Positions 22,226 through 31,321 of a stretch of 64,000 bases of DNA are shown here, one piece after another; position 1 is the first letter of the stretch; the number at the start of each line of letters is the position of its first letter. The notes beneath the pieces were generated by a model. That model was not told the origin of the DNA and did no database searches. It worked only from the letters and a program-made list of their open reading frames with translations. Origin of the DNA: an uncultured Acidobacteriota bacterium (lineage in GTDB: Bacteria; Acidobacteriota; Thermoanaerobaculia; Multivoradales; SZUA-115); NCBI GenBank assembly GCA_963805975.1, contig CAWDVR010000003.1, forward strand, positions 352,001 through 416,000, given 5' to 3'. A program made the position numbers and the translations under genes.

Positions 22226-23518
22226 TCAGAACCTCCACCGCGCGCTCGCCGACCACACCTGATCACGAGCACTGAAGCGGGCCGTGCGGTTCGGGTTGAG
22301 CAGCTCGAGGCCGGTGGCGCTTCTTTCCTCGTAGTCGTGGAAGGAATAGCCCAGGTCGAAGGAGATCCAGTCCTGGTTGTAGGAGGCGCCGAGGGCGTAG
22401 ACCATGGCGTCGCCCCGCGGGAAGCCGGGCTCGAGGGTGTTGCCGGGCACCGGCGAGGGCTCGAAGGCGATGCCGCCGCCCACCGACCACTCTTCGGTGA
22501 TCTCACCCTCGGCGCCGAGCCGCACGGCGATCGTGTTCTTCCAGTCCCGCCGCTCGGTGAGCGTCACCGGCGGGGCACCGTCACCCGTGATGCGGAACAC
22601 GCTGTCGTCGAGGCTCGACCAGTTCCGGAGCGCCAGGTCGAGCTCGAGCTTGAGCTCGGGGTACGGCGCCAGCCAGACGCCGGCGCGAATCTCGGCCGGC
22701 AGCGAGAAGTTCTGCGTGGCGCGGTCGTAGGGGAAGGCGGCGAGGATCTGGCCGGAGAGTGCCGGGTCCCCGATCTCCCGCAGGTCGACGTCGAAGCCGT
22801 CCGTGGTGTCGAGCTCCGCCGCGCTGCGATACACCGCACCGAGACCCCAGACCGTCGAGTCGTAGTGCAGCGCGAGATCGAAGGCCAGGGCGTCGGCGTT
22901 GGCATCGGCCAGGGTCTCGAGCTCGAAGGGCACCTGCCCGTTGGGCCCGGCGAAGGAGCCCAGCACGTTGAAGCCGTGCTCGAGCGAGCCGTAGAGGTAG
23001 CGCACACCGCCGCCCACGCTCCAGCTCTCGTCGAGCTCGTAGGCCACCACGGGATGGAGCTCGAAGAAGCGCGCCGCCTGCTCGCGGGTGCGGAAGCGGG
23101 CGGGGTAGAGCGCGGTCCTCCAGTCCACACGGTACCAGGCGGGCGTGTCGAGGCCGAGCCCGAAGGCCCAGCGGCCGGCGGCCTCCGGCCTCCAGGTGAC
23201 ATAGGCCGCGGGAGGGAACTGGATGGTGTGGTTGGCGAGGTGCGTGCCGGAGGCGCTGTCGTATTCGTCGGTGGGGTTGCTGAAGTCGAGACCGCCCTCG
23301 ATCTGCAAGCCTTCGAGCCGGATGATGGCGGCCGGGTTGTAGGTGACGGCCGAGGGCGCGTCGGCGCGGGCGGTGAACGCACCCGCCTGCGCCGTCCCCC
23401 GCCCGCCGTGCTGGCTCCGCTGGATGCCGTCGGCGAAGGCGGGAGAAACGGTGCAGAGTGCCAGACCGATCACAGCGCCGGCCGAGCGGCGGATGAGTTT
23501 CCAGGATCGCAGCAACAT
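22226..23518 (-). CDS. FadL/OmpP1-like outer-membrane transport protein
   Basis: Signal peptide, AQAGAFTARADAPSAVTYNPAAI hatch motif, C-terminal ...ARWRF. Confidence 0.88.
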   Translation of the reverse strand: MLLRSWKLIRRSAGAVIGLALCTVSPAFADGIQRSQHGGRGTAQAGAFTARADAPSAVTYNPAAIIRLEGLQIEGGLDFSNPTDEYDSASGTHLANHTIQFPPAAYVTWRPEAAGRWAFGLGLDTPAWYRVDWRTALYPARFRTREQAARFFELHPVVAYELDESWSVGGGVRYLYGSLEHGFNVLGSFAGPNGQVPFELETLADANADALAFDLALHYDSTVWGLGAVYRSAAELDTTDGFDVDLREIGDPALSGQILAAFPYDRATQNFSLPAEIRAGVWLAPYPELKLELDLALRNWSSLDDSVFRITGDGAPPVTLTERRDWKNTIAVRLGAEGEITEEWSVGGGIAFEPSPVPGNTLEPGFPRGDAMVYALGASYNQDWISFDLGYSFHDYEERSATGLELLNPNRTARFSARDQVWSASARWRF

Positions 23519-23643
23519 AGTGCCTCCGTGGGAGTTAGTTGGTCGGCGACCCTCGGGGTCGACCCAGGCTGCCGCGAGGATAGCGAGCGAGCGCAACGGA
23601 TGGAAGCCTGACGATTTGCTACACTGCCCCCGCGTCTCCCACC

Positions 23644-23985
23644 ATGATCGTCGACAAGCGCCACGTCAACGGCCACACGGTTCTCGGCATCGAGGGCGTG
23701 GTCAAGCTCGGAGAGAGCGGGCGCTTCTTCGCCGAGACTTTGGACCGCATCCTGAACGACGACGCGGGCCACGTGATCGTCGACCTGGCGCGCATCAACT
23801 ACATGGACTCGACCGGCATCGGCGAGCTGGTGGGCTACCTCGGCCGCTTCCAGGAGCGCAAGCGCAAGCTGGTGCTGGTCAATCCCGCGCCGCGCATCCA
23901 GAAGCTGCTCGAGGTGGCCAAGCTGGCGCCGCTGTTTCCGACCTACGACTCGGTCGAGGCGGCGCTCGCCGGCGAAGCGCAGTAG
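23644..23985 (+). CDS. STAS-domain anti-sigma factor antagonist
   Basis: VDLARINYMDSTGIGELV. Confidence 0.92.
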   Translation: MIVDKRHVNGHTVLGIEGVVKLGESGRFFAETLDRILNDDAGHVIVDLARINYMDSTGIGELVGYLGRFQERKRKLVLVNPAPRIQKLLEVAKLAPLFPTYDSVEAALAGEAQ

Positions 23986-23988
23986 CGC

Positions 23989-24645
23989 TCAGAGCCAGCG
24001 CTCGAGCGCGGCTTCGAGCTCCGCCGCGTCCCGTGCCCGAGCGTCGGCCGCGAGCTCCGCACGCTCGGCGTCCGTGGCAAAGCCCCATTCCATGAGCACG
24101 AAGCGACAGCCGGCGGCTGTGGCCGTGGCCGCGTCGATGGCGCTGTCGCCCACCAGGAGGAGCGAGGCGGGTGCGAGCCCGAACCGCTGCACGAGGTGGA
24201 AGATCCCGGCGGGGTCCGGCTTGCGCACCGGCAGGGTGTCGCCACCCACGATGGGATCGAAGAGGGCGGCGACGCCCAGGCCCTCGAGGATCCGGCGGCT
24301 GGTGGCCTCCGGCTTGTTGGTGAGCACGGCGAGCGGCGCGCGCCGGGCCAAGCGGGGCAGCAGCTCTTCGAGGCCGGGGTAGAGGCGCGTGGTGTCGAGG
24401 CAGACCGCGGCGTAATGGGTGAGGAAAGCGTCGAACGCGTCCTCGAAGCGCCGGCCCTCGATCTCGGCCGGGAGCGCCCGCCGCACCAGGTTGCGGGCGC
24501 CCGCACCGACCTTCGCTACCACCTCGGAAAGGGAGAGCTCGGGAAGACCCAGGCCGATGCGGGTCGCGTTGACCGCCGTAGCCAGGTCGCGGCGCGAGTC
24601 GACGAGCGTGCCGTCGAGGTCGAAGACGAGGGCGGAGCCCCTCAC
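23989..24645 (-). CDS. HAD hydrolase, phosphoglycolate phosphatase-like
   Basis: FDLDGTLVDS, LTNKP, RKPDP, VGDS..D. Confidence 0.9.
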   Translation of the reverse strand: MRGSALVFDLDGTLVDSRRDLATAVNATRIGLGLPELSLSEVVAKVGAGARNLVRRALPAEIEGRRFEDAFDAFLTHYAAVCLDTTRLYPGLEELLPRLARRAPLAVLTNKPEATSRRILEGLGVAALFDPIVGGDTLPVRKPDPAGIFHLVQRFGLAPASLLLVGDSAIDAATATAAGCRFVLMEWGFATDAERAELAADARARDAAELEAALERWL

Positions 24646-24678
24646 CCCAGCCCTCTCCCCGCTTCGCGGGGCGAGGGG
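24638..24678. repeat. REP-like miniature palindrome (CCCTCACCCCAGCCCTCTCCCCGCTTCGCGGGGCGAGGG)
   Basis: 12-bp stem with one mismatch; resembles a dispersed intergenic repeat type common in GC-rich bacteria. Confidence 0.7.
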
Positions 24679-24688
24679 GCCGGAGGTT

Positions 24689-25534
24689 TCATGCCTCCAC
24701 GAAGTCCGCCACCACCCGCTGTGGCAGGATACCGGCCTCATGCCCGCGGTCGAGCAGCAGTTGCACGGCGCGGCGGCCGGCCTCGCCATAGTCGCGCGTC
24801 CACTCGTTGACGTACATGCCCACGAAGCGGTCGGAGCGCTCCTCGTCGTCTTCGAGGCCGCGCGCGTAGCGGATGGCGTAGGAGAGCGCCTCCTGCCGGT
24901 GGTCGAGCGCGTAGGCGATGCTGTCCGTGAGCAGCCGGCAGAGGCGCCGCTGGAGCGCCGGGTCGAGGTCGCGGCGGATGCCGTTGCCACCCAACGGCAG
25001 CGGCCCGCCGGTCTCCTCGCGCCACCAGGCTCCGAGATCCACCACCGCCGACAGGCCTTCCTCCTCGAAGGTGAGCTGCCCCTCGTGGATCACCACGCCC
25101 GCGTCCACCTCGCCGGCGGCCACGCGGGGAAGGATCTCGTCGAACGGCACGATCGTGGTCTCGACCTCCGGCAGCCAGAGGTGGAGGGTGAGGTTGGCGG
25201 TGGTGAGCTGGCCGGGGATGGCGATCGTCTTGCCCAGGAGATCGTTGCGGGTCAGTTTTTCCCGGGCCACGACGACCGGGCCGTAGCCCTCCCCGAAGCT
25301 CGCGCCCGAGGGCATCAGGCGGTAGCGGTCGGCCAGGTGCGCGTAGCCATGGAAGGAGAGGGCCGTCACCTCGTAGGTGCCGGAGAACGCCGCCTGGTTG
25401 AGGGTTTCGATGTCCTCCAGCCGGTGCTCGATCTCGAGGCCCTCGGTGTCGAGGATTCCCTGGGTCAGGGCGTAGAACATGAAGGCGTCGTCGGAGTCCG
25501 GGCTGTGGGCGATGCGGATCAGCGTCTTCTCCAT
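24689..25534 (-). CDS. mqnD: MqnD-like 1,4-dihydroxy-6-naphthoate synthase (futalosine menaquinone pathway)
   Basis: AHSPDSDDAFMFYAL, DIETLN, GASFGEGYGP, IHEGQLT, PLPLGGN, MYVN. Confidence 0.88.
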   Translation of the reverse strand: MEKTLIRIAHSPDSDDAFMFYALTQGILDTEGLEIEHRLEDIETLNQAAFSGTYEVTALSFHGYAHLADRYRLMPSGASFGEGYGPVVVAREKLTRNDLLGKTIAIPGQLTTANLTLHLWLPEVETTIVPFDEILPRVAAGEVDAGVVIHEGQLTFEEEGLSAVVDLGAWWREETGGPLPLGGNGIRRDLDPALQRRLCRLLTDSIAYALDHRQEALSYAIRYARGLEDDEERSDRFVGMYVNEWTRDYGEAGRRAVQLLLDRGHEAGILPQRVVADFVEA

Positions 25535-25569
25535 GGCGGCGCGCAGGCTATCACGCGAAAACCACGGGA

Positions 25570-27264
25570 ATGAGCCTGCGCCGGCCGCACCGCGTGCTGC
25601 TTCTCCTGGCTCTCGCCACCCTCGCCTGGTGGGGCGGCGGCTGTGGCCGGGAGCGCCCCGAGCGACAACCCAACATCCTCCTGATCGAGACCGACGACCA
25701 GCGCTGGGACACGCTCTGGGCCATGCCCCGCATCCGCGAGCTGCTGGCGGACCGCGGCGTGGAGTTCACCCAGGCCGTGGCCTCGAACCCGCTCTGCTGC
25801 CCCTCTCGCGCGAGCCTCCTCGCGGGCGGCTACTACTCCCACCACGTCGGGGTGCTCGCCGCCGAGCCTCCCAACGGCGGGGCCGAGCGCTTCGATGACC
25901 GCGACAGCCTGGCCGTCGCGTTACAGCGGCAGGGCTATCGCACGGCCCTGGTGGGCAAGTACCTGAACGGTTACGAGGTGCAGGCGCCGCGCGTGCCGCC
26001 GGGCTGGGATCTGTTCTTTACGCGGCTCGGGCCTCCCGGCGCCAGCCAGCTCATGCTCCGCGGCAGCAGCAGTGCGGACGCGCCGGGCCGAGGACGGATC
26101 AAGGAACAACGCAGGTATCTGACCTACCAGGAGCGAGACGAGGCGCTCGCCTTCCTCGCCGGCGCCCCGGTCTCCGGCAAGCCCTTCTTCCTGTGGCTCG
26201 CCTTCCACGCCCCCCACCGCCCGGCCCTCCCGGCGCCGGAGGACGCCGAGGCTTTCACCGGCTTCGACTACCGGGGCCGCGCCTGGGGCGAGGCGGATCT
26301 CTCCGACAAGCCCGGTTTCGTCGCCCGGCTGGGCCAGGGGTTCGTCGAAGGGCAGGGAGGCTTGACGCCTCTGCCCGGCCAGCCGGGCTTCCCCGCCGAC
26401 TTTCCCCGTGCCCAGGTACGGGCGCTCCAGGCCGTGGACCGCTCGGTGGGAGAGGTCCTCGACCGCCTGGAGGCCCTGGCGCTCGACCGGCCGACCGTCG
26501 TCTTCTTCACCTCGGACAACGGCATTCTCTGGGGCGAGCACCGCCTCTACCGCAAGGCCCTGCCCTACGAAGAGGCGATCCGGGTGCCGCTCCTGGTGCG
26601 GATGCCGGACGTTCCTCCCGGCCAGCGGGACCACCTGGTGGCCATCGACCTCGACCTGGCGCCCACCATCCTCGATCTGGCGGGTCTGCCGGCCGAGGGC
26701 GACGGCGCGAGCCTGCTGCCCATCCTGCGAGACCCCGCGGCGCCGTGGCGCCAGGAGGTGCTCCTCGAGAGCTTCGGCTTGGGTGAGGTCCCCCCGTGGG
26801 CGGCCGTCCGTACCCGGAGGTTCAAGTACGTGGAGCACGCCGATGGTGGGCGGGAGCTCTACGACCTGGAGCAGGACCCCTTCGAGCAGCAGAGCCGGCA
26901 CGACGACCCGGCCCTGGCGCCGGAGCGCCTCGCCCTCGCGAGCGCGGTCGCGAAGAACCGGGGCCTGGCCTTCGCGGAGCCCGAGCTGCCTGCCCTCCGG
27001 CCCAACGACCCCTACCGCGCGGTGCTCTCGGCCTCGGGGGGCCGGCCTCCCTACACCTGGGACGTGGAGCAGGGACACCTGCCGCCGGGGCTGGCGCTCG
27101 ATCCGCGGGGCACCATTTCCGGTGTCCCCACCGGCCCGGCGCAAGGCCCGATCCTGCTGCGGGTCACCGACAGCTCGGCTTCACCGCGGGACGGCCGGCC
27201 GCAGAGCTTCCGCCGCTACGTACAGCTCGGCTCGAAACCGGCCCGCGAGGGCGACGCGGAGTAG
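25570..27264 (+). CDS. Secreted formylglycine-dependent sulfatase with C-terminal putative Ig domain
   Basis: PNILLIETDDQR, CCPSRASLLAG, GKYL, TSDNG; tail ASGGRPPYTW...LPPGLAL...GTISGVPT. Confidence 0.9.
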   Translation: MSLRRPHRVLLLLALATLAWWGGGCGRERPERQPNILLIETDDQRWDTLWAMPRIRELLADRGVEFTQAVASNPLCCPSRASLLAGGYYSHHVGVLAAEPPNGGAERFDDRDSLAVALQRQGYRTALVGKYLNGYEVQAPRVPPGWDLFFTRLGPPGASQLMLRGSSSADAPGRGRIKEQRRYLTYQERDEALAFLAGAPVSGKPFFLWLAFHAPHRPALPAPEDAEAFTGFDYRGRAWGEADLSDKPGFVARLGQGFVEGQGGLTPLPGQPGFPADFPRAQVRALQAVDRSVGEVLDRLEALALDRPTVVFFTSDNGILWGEHRLYRKALPYEEAIRVPLLVRMPDVPPGQRDHLVAIDLDLAPTILDLAGLPAEGDGASLLPILRDPAAPWRQEVLLESFGLGEVPPWAAVRTRRFKYVEHADGGRELYDLEQDPFEQQSRHDDPALAPERLALASAVAKNRGLAFAEPELPALRPNDPYRAVLSASGGRPPYTWDVEQGHLPPGLALDPRGTISGVPTGPAQGPILLRVTDSSASPRDGRPQSFRRYVQLGSKPAREGDAE

Positions 27265-27510
27265 AGCGCCTATCCAAAACCGTCCCGAGCGGTCGAGATG
27301 CAAAGGCGCGGGAGGGCCGGAAACCGGAGCGTACACGGCAGTACGTGAGGAGTGTCTGACGATCGAACCTCACAGTCATTCATGAGTTGGGCGCGAGAGA
27401 AAAAAACATCTGCCTATTTCCGAATCACTTGCATATTGAGTAGACTTGGTGTAGACATAGGTTGGTCGCTCCGAGACTGTGCACTCTGTAGGCAAGCCAA
27501 AGGAGGCTCT

Positions 27511-28143
27511 ATGTTCGATCGATCTCCCAAAGCTATCGCCATGCTCTCTCTCCTGTTCTTACTTGTCAGTGTGGTGACGGCGTTTGCCGCCGTTGTGCCG
27601 CCACCCCCCGGCGGAAGCTGCTACAAGTGCGTCATCGTTAGTGGTGAGCACTACGACTGCCGCGGTGGCTACGATCAAGGCGCAGTGAGCTGTTCGGTCG
27701 GACCTCCCACCAGCTGTTCGGTATCGGGCATCTGTGGCTTCTCGAATGGCTCGCTGGAGTTCTTCGCCATTGCGATCTCGCCCGAGGTCATCCGTGAGGT
27801 CGCCGATCTTGATCCACGGCTCGCTGCGACGATCGCTTCCTTGGCTGCTGATGGTCGTGTCGAGACCTCTGGATTCGTCTTCTGGCTCCCAAGCGAGATC
27901 TCGACCGCGCAGGTGGAGAGAATGCTCATGCGAGAGGATCCAGGCCTGAAGGCCCTCCCGGGAAAAGAACTGATCTACGAGTACAGAGTGGGGAGAGGTC
28001 CAGGGGGCGATCTAGAGCTGGTCGTTACGCCGGAAAGAGGTTCGGATCTCGAGAAGCAGTCTCTCGGCGTCGTGATGAAGCTTCAATCAGCAGACTCTGA
28101 CAAAGGAGTTTTTCAGGTAACAAACGAGTGGTTCCTCTTCTAA
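27511..28143 (+). CDS. Orphan secreted protein with a six-cysteine N-terminal module
   Basis: SD AGGAGG, signal peptide, C-x2-C-x9-C-x10-C-x7-C-x5-C; atypical lower-GC codons. Confidence 0.7.
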   Translation: MFDRSPKAIAMLSLLFLLVSVVTAFAAVVPPPPGGSCYKCVIVSGEHYDCRGGYDQGAVSCSVGPPTSCSVSGICGFSNGSLEFFAIAISPEVIREVADLDPRLAATIASLAADGRVETSGFVFWLPSEISTAQVERMLMREDPGLKALPGKELIYEYRVGRGPGGDLELVVTPERGSDLEKQSLGVVMKLQSADSDKGVFQVTNEWFLF

Positions 28144-28339
28144 CGTCTTTCTGTCCTGCCCACTGACGTCGCAAGCTCGAGCGACCCATTTGCGGTAAGC
28201 AGTGGTTGAGGAGGAGCCATCATCGTCGCGCTTGGCTTGCCCAGATTCTCGGCACCAGTGAGACCTCGGCGGCAGGGGCTGAGAGAGGGGGTCCTTCCCA
28301 GCAGACAGGTGTGGCCTGCCCTGGGCGCGGAGGAGCGAT

Positions 28340-29594
28340 TTACTGGTGGAGGCCTCCCGGCTTGCGGCGCAGCAGCAGCTCGAAGGTCTTCGTTTCCTCT
28401 CCCCGCCGCACGGTGAGCGAGGCCGTGTCTCCCCAGTGCTTGGCGGCGGTCAGGCGGTTGAGGGTCTCGCGGTCGGGAACCGCCGTGCCGTCGAAGCTGA
28501 GCAGCACGTCGCCCACGGCGAGGCCGGCGGTGGCCGCCGGGCCGCCTTCGTCCATGGCGATCACCCGGCGCGCCTTGGCGTCGTCACCGGCGACGGTCGA
28601 GAGGCCGAGGCTCGGGTAGAGCGGGTCGGTCTCGGGCGGCACACCCCACAGGAAGTTGGCGTAGCTGGCGCGCACCGAGGCCACGGTCTCGCCGTCCTCG
28701 TCGGCCACCGGCTGTGGGATCAACGAGGCCATGCGGCCCGCCGCGGGCGGCAGCCACTGGCGGGACTGGCGCTCGATCCCCAGGCCGTAGGCCACGTGAC
28801 CGGAGCCGATCAGCACCACCAGGATCTCTTTCGGCCCCGGTGCCGTGCCGAGGGCCTTCACCGCGTGGAAGCCCATGGTGGCGTCCCAGGTGCACTGGGC
28901 CGCGAACATAGACTCCCACTGCTCCTCGCTCATCCCGCCGTGGAGCGCGTCGCTCTCGTCGAAAAAGGCACGGAGCAGCGTGCGGTGCTCCGCGCTCGTG
29001 GTGTCGATCGCGGTCGGGATGTGGGCCGCTTCCTCCGCCGTCAGCTCCTGGAAGCCCTTCTTGCGCACCGCGGCCACCACCTCGCGAGGCGCGTTCAAGG
29101 CGAACATCGGCAGCCGATGGTCGCGGGCGAAGAGGAAGACGTCCCGGTAGTAGCCCCAGTGGTAGCCCCAGCTCTCGTACCAGCGCGAGAGGCGCAGGAA
29201 CCCCTCCTCGGTGAGCTCGCCGGCCACCCAGGAGTCGAGCCAGCGCTGCTCCGGGTAGGGGTACATCTCGAGGCCTATCGAGACCTCGCGGCCGGCCCGC
29301 ACCAGCTCCTCGATCACCCGGAGCTGCACGCGGTGGAAGTCCATGCTGGTGTGGCTCTCGCCCACGAAGAGGATGCCCACACCCTCGAGGCGCCCCGGCA
29401 GCGCGCCCGGCACCAGCACCTCGCCCTGTGGCCGTGTCCGTCACCGCGTCCAGCACCACCGGCGCCTCGCGCTCCCTGCGCGCCGGATCGCCGATGGGGA
29501 GGTGGAGGAGGCGGGTCTCGGCGGCCACGGCACTTGCGGCAAGCACGAAGAACGGGAGGCTCGCGACGGCGCGAGCGAGGCGGGTCGATGGCAT
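28340..29594 (-). pseudogene. ChaN/Tiki-superfamily protein with C-terminal PDZ, split by a one-base frameshift at ~29425
   Basis: VGESH, IGLEM, QCTWDATM, GSGHV, GPAATAGLAVGDVLL; signal peptide lies in another frame from ATG 29594. Confidence 0.8.
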
Positions 29595-29689
29595 GTGGGG
29601 GTCTCCAGGGCGGTCGCTCGAACGGGGCAACGATATCCGAGCGCGCGGATATCCGGGCCCACGGGCGGAGCCGCTACAATCCCGCCCCC

Positions 29690-31207
29690 ATGAGCCTTCC
29701 CGAACCGCCTTTCGCCGCCGCCCCCCACCACCGCCTCCTCGACCTCTGGGGCGAGATCCGTGACTTCGGCTCGCTCGAGGAGCTGCTCGAGTGGGACCAG
29801 GAAACGATGATGCCGGAGCGCGGGCTGGCGGGGCGGGCGCACGTGCTGGCCACGGTGGCCGCGGCCCGGCACGAGCGGCTGACCTCGGCGGAGCTGGCGG
29901 AGGTGATCGCCGCCTGCCTCGATTCGGCTCCCCCGGGAAGCGTCGAGGCGGCGCAGGCGGCGGAGGCGAAGCGGCAGGCCGATCGCGCCCGGCTGATCCC
30001 GGCGGCGCTCGAGAAGGAGCTGGCCGAGACCCGCACGCACGCGCTCTCCGCCTGGCAGCAGGCGAGGGCCCAGGCGGACTTCGCGCTCTTCCGGCCGCAC
30101 CTCGCGCACCTGATCGAGCTCAAGCGGCAGGAGGCGCGCTGCCTGGCGCCGGATGGCAACGCCTACGACGCGCTCCTCGACCTCTACGAGCCGGGCTCCA
30201 CCGCGGCGGCCCTGGCGCCGCTCTTCGCCGGCCTGCGCCGGGACCTGGCGCCCCTCGTGCGGCAGGCGGTGGAGAAGGGCGCGGCGGTGGACGAGTCGCC
30301 GGCGCTGGGCTCGTTTCCCGTCGAGCGCCAGCGCGAGCTGGCCCTCATCGCGTCGCGAGCCATCGGCTTCGACTTCGAGGCCGGCCGGCTCGACTCCTCG
30401 ACCCATCCGTTCTGCACCGGCATCGGCCCGGGCGACGTGCGCATGACCTGGCGCTGGCAGGAGGACGATTTCCGGCCGGGCCTCTACGGCGTGCTGCACG
30501 AGAGCGGCCACGGCCTCTACGAGCAGGGCCTGCCCGCGGCCTGGCTGCGCACGCCGCTCGGCGACGCCGTGTCGCTCGGCATCCATGAGTCGCAGTCGCG
30601 GCTGTGGGAGAACCACGTCGGCCGCGGGCGCGCCTTCTGGCGCTTCGCGCTGCCGCACCTCCACCGCCTGTTCCCGGCGAGCGCGGGTGTCACGGTCGAG
30701 AAGCTCTGGCCGGCGCTCCACGTCGTGCGGCCCTCGCTGATCCGCGTGGAAGCCGACGAGGCGACCTACAACCTGCACGTGGCCGTGCGCTTCGAGATCG
30801 AGAAAGAGCTCTTCGCCGGCGAGCTCGAGGTGGACGACCTGCCCCGGCGCTGGGACGATCTCTACGAGGAGCTGCTCGGCGTGCGCGCCGAGAACGCGGC
30901 CGACGGCGTGCTGCAGGACATCCACTGGGCCCTGGGCAGCTTCGGCTACTTCCCGACCTACACCCTGGGCACGCTGGCGGCGGCGCAGCTCTACGCCGCG
31001 GCCGAGCGCGACCTCGGGAGCTTCGAGGAGAGCTTCGCGGCCGGCGACTTCTCGCCACTCTTGGGCTGGCTGCGCGAGAAGGTCCACGCCCAGGGCAGCC
31101 GGCTGAAGCCCGCCGAGCTCCTCGTCGCGGCCACCGGCGAGCCGCTCTCGCCCGCCCCCTTCCTCGCCTATTTGCGAGGCGTGGTGGGCGAGGTCTACGG
31201 GCTGTAG
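29690..31207 (+). CDS. Carboxypeptidase M32 (Taq family)
   Basis: WDQETMMP, HPF, HESGHGLYEQG, HESQSR, IRVEADE, LQDIHW, GYFPTY. Confidence 0.96.
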   Translation: MSLPEPPFAAAPHHRLLDLWGEIRDFGSLEELLEWDQETMMPERGLAGRAHVLATVAAARHERLTSAELAEVIAACLDSAPPGSVEAAQAAEAKRQADRARLIPAALEKELAETRTHALSAWQQARAQADFALFRPHLAHLIELKRQEARCLAPDGNAYDALLDLYEPGSTAAALAPLFAGLRRDLAPLVRQAVEKGAAVDESPALGSFPVERQRELALIASRAIGFDFEAGRLDSSTHPFCTGIGPGDVRMTWRWQEDDFRPGLYGVLHESGHGLYEQGLPAAWLRTPLGDAVSLGIHESQSRLWENHVGRGRAFWRFALPHLHRLFPASAGVTVEKLWPALHVVRPSLIRVEADEATYNLHVAVRFEIEKELFAGELEVDDLPRRWDDLYEELLGVRAENAADGVLQDIHWALGSFGYFPTYTLGTLAAAQLYAAAERDLGSFEESFAAGDFSPLLGWLREKVHAQGSRLKPAELLVAATGEPLSPAPFLAYLRGVVGEVYGL

Positions 31208-31321
31208 GGGGCGTCCCACGTCATGCCCGCGGGCATCCAGGGCATTGGCGGGTTTGCCACCGATCCTCCGTTATCCCTCCTGAACAGCGTCTTCAAGGAC
31301 CCTAGAATCGGGAGGACTCCC

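Noticed and set aside
28346-31207. 953-aa ORF as one protein
   Set aside because: Only the part from ATG 29690 is the M32 peptidase; the upstream part is antisense to the ChaN gene
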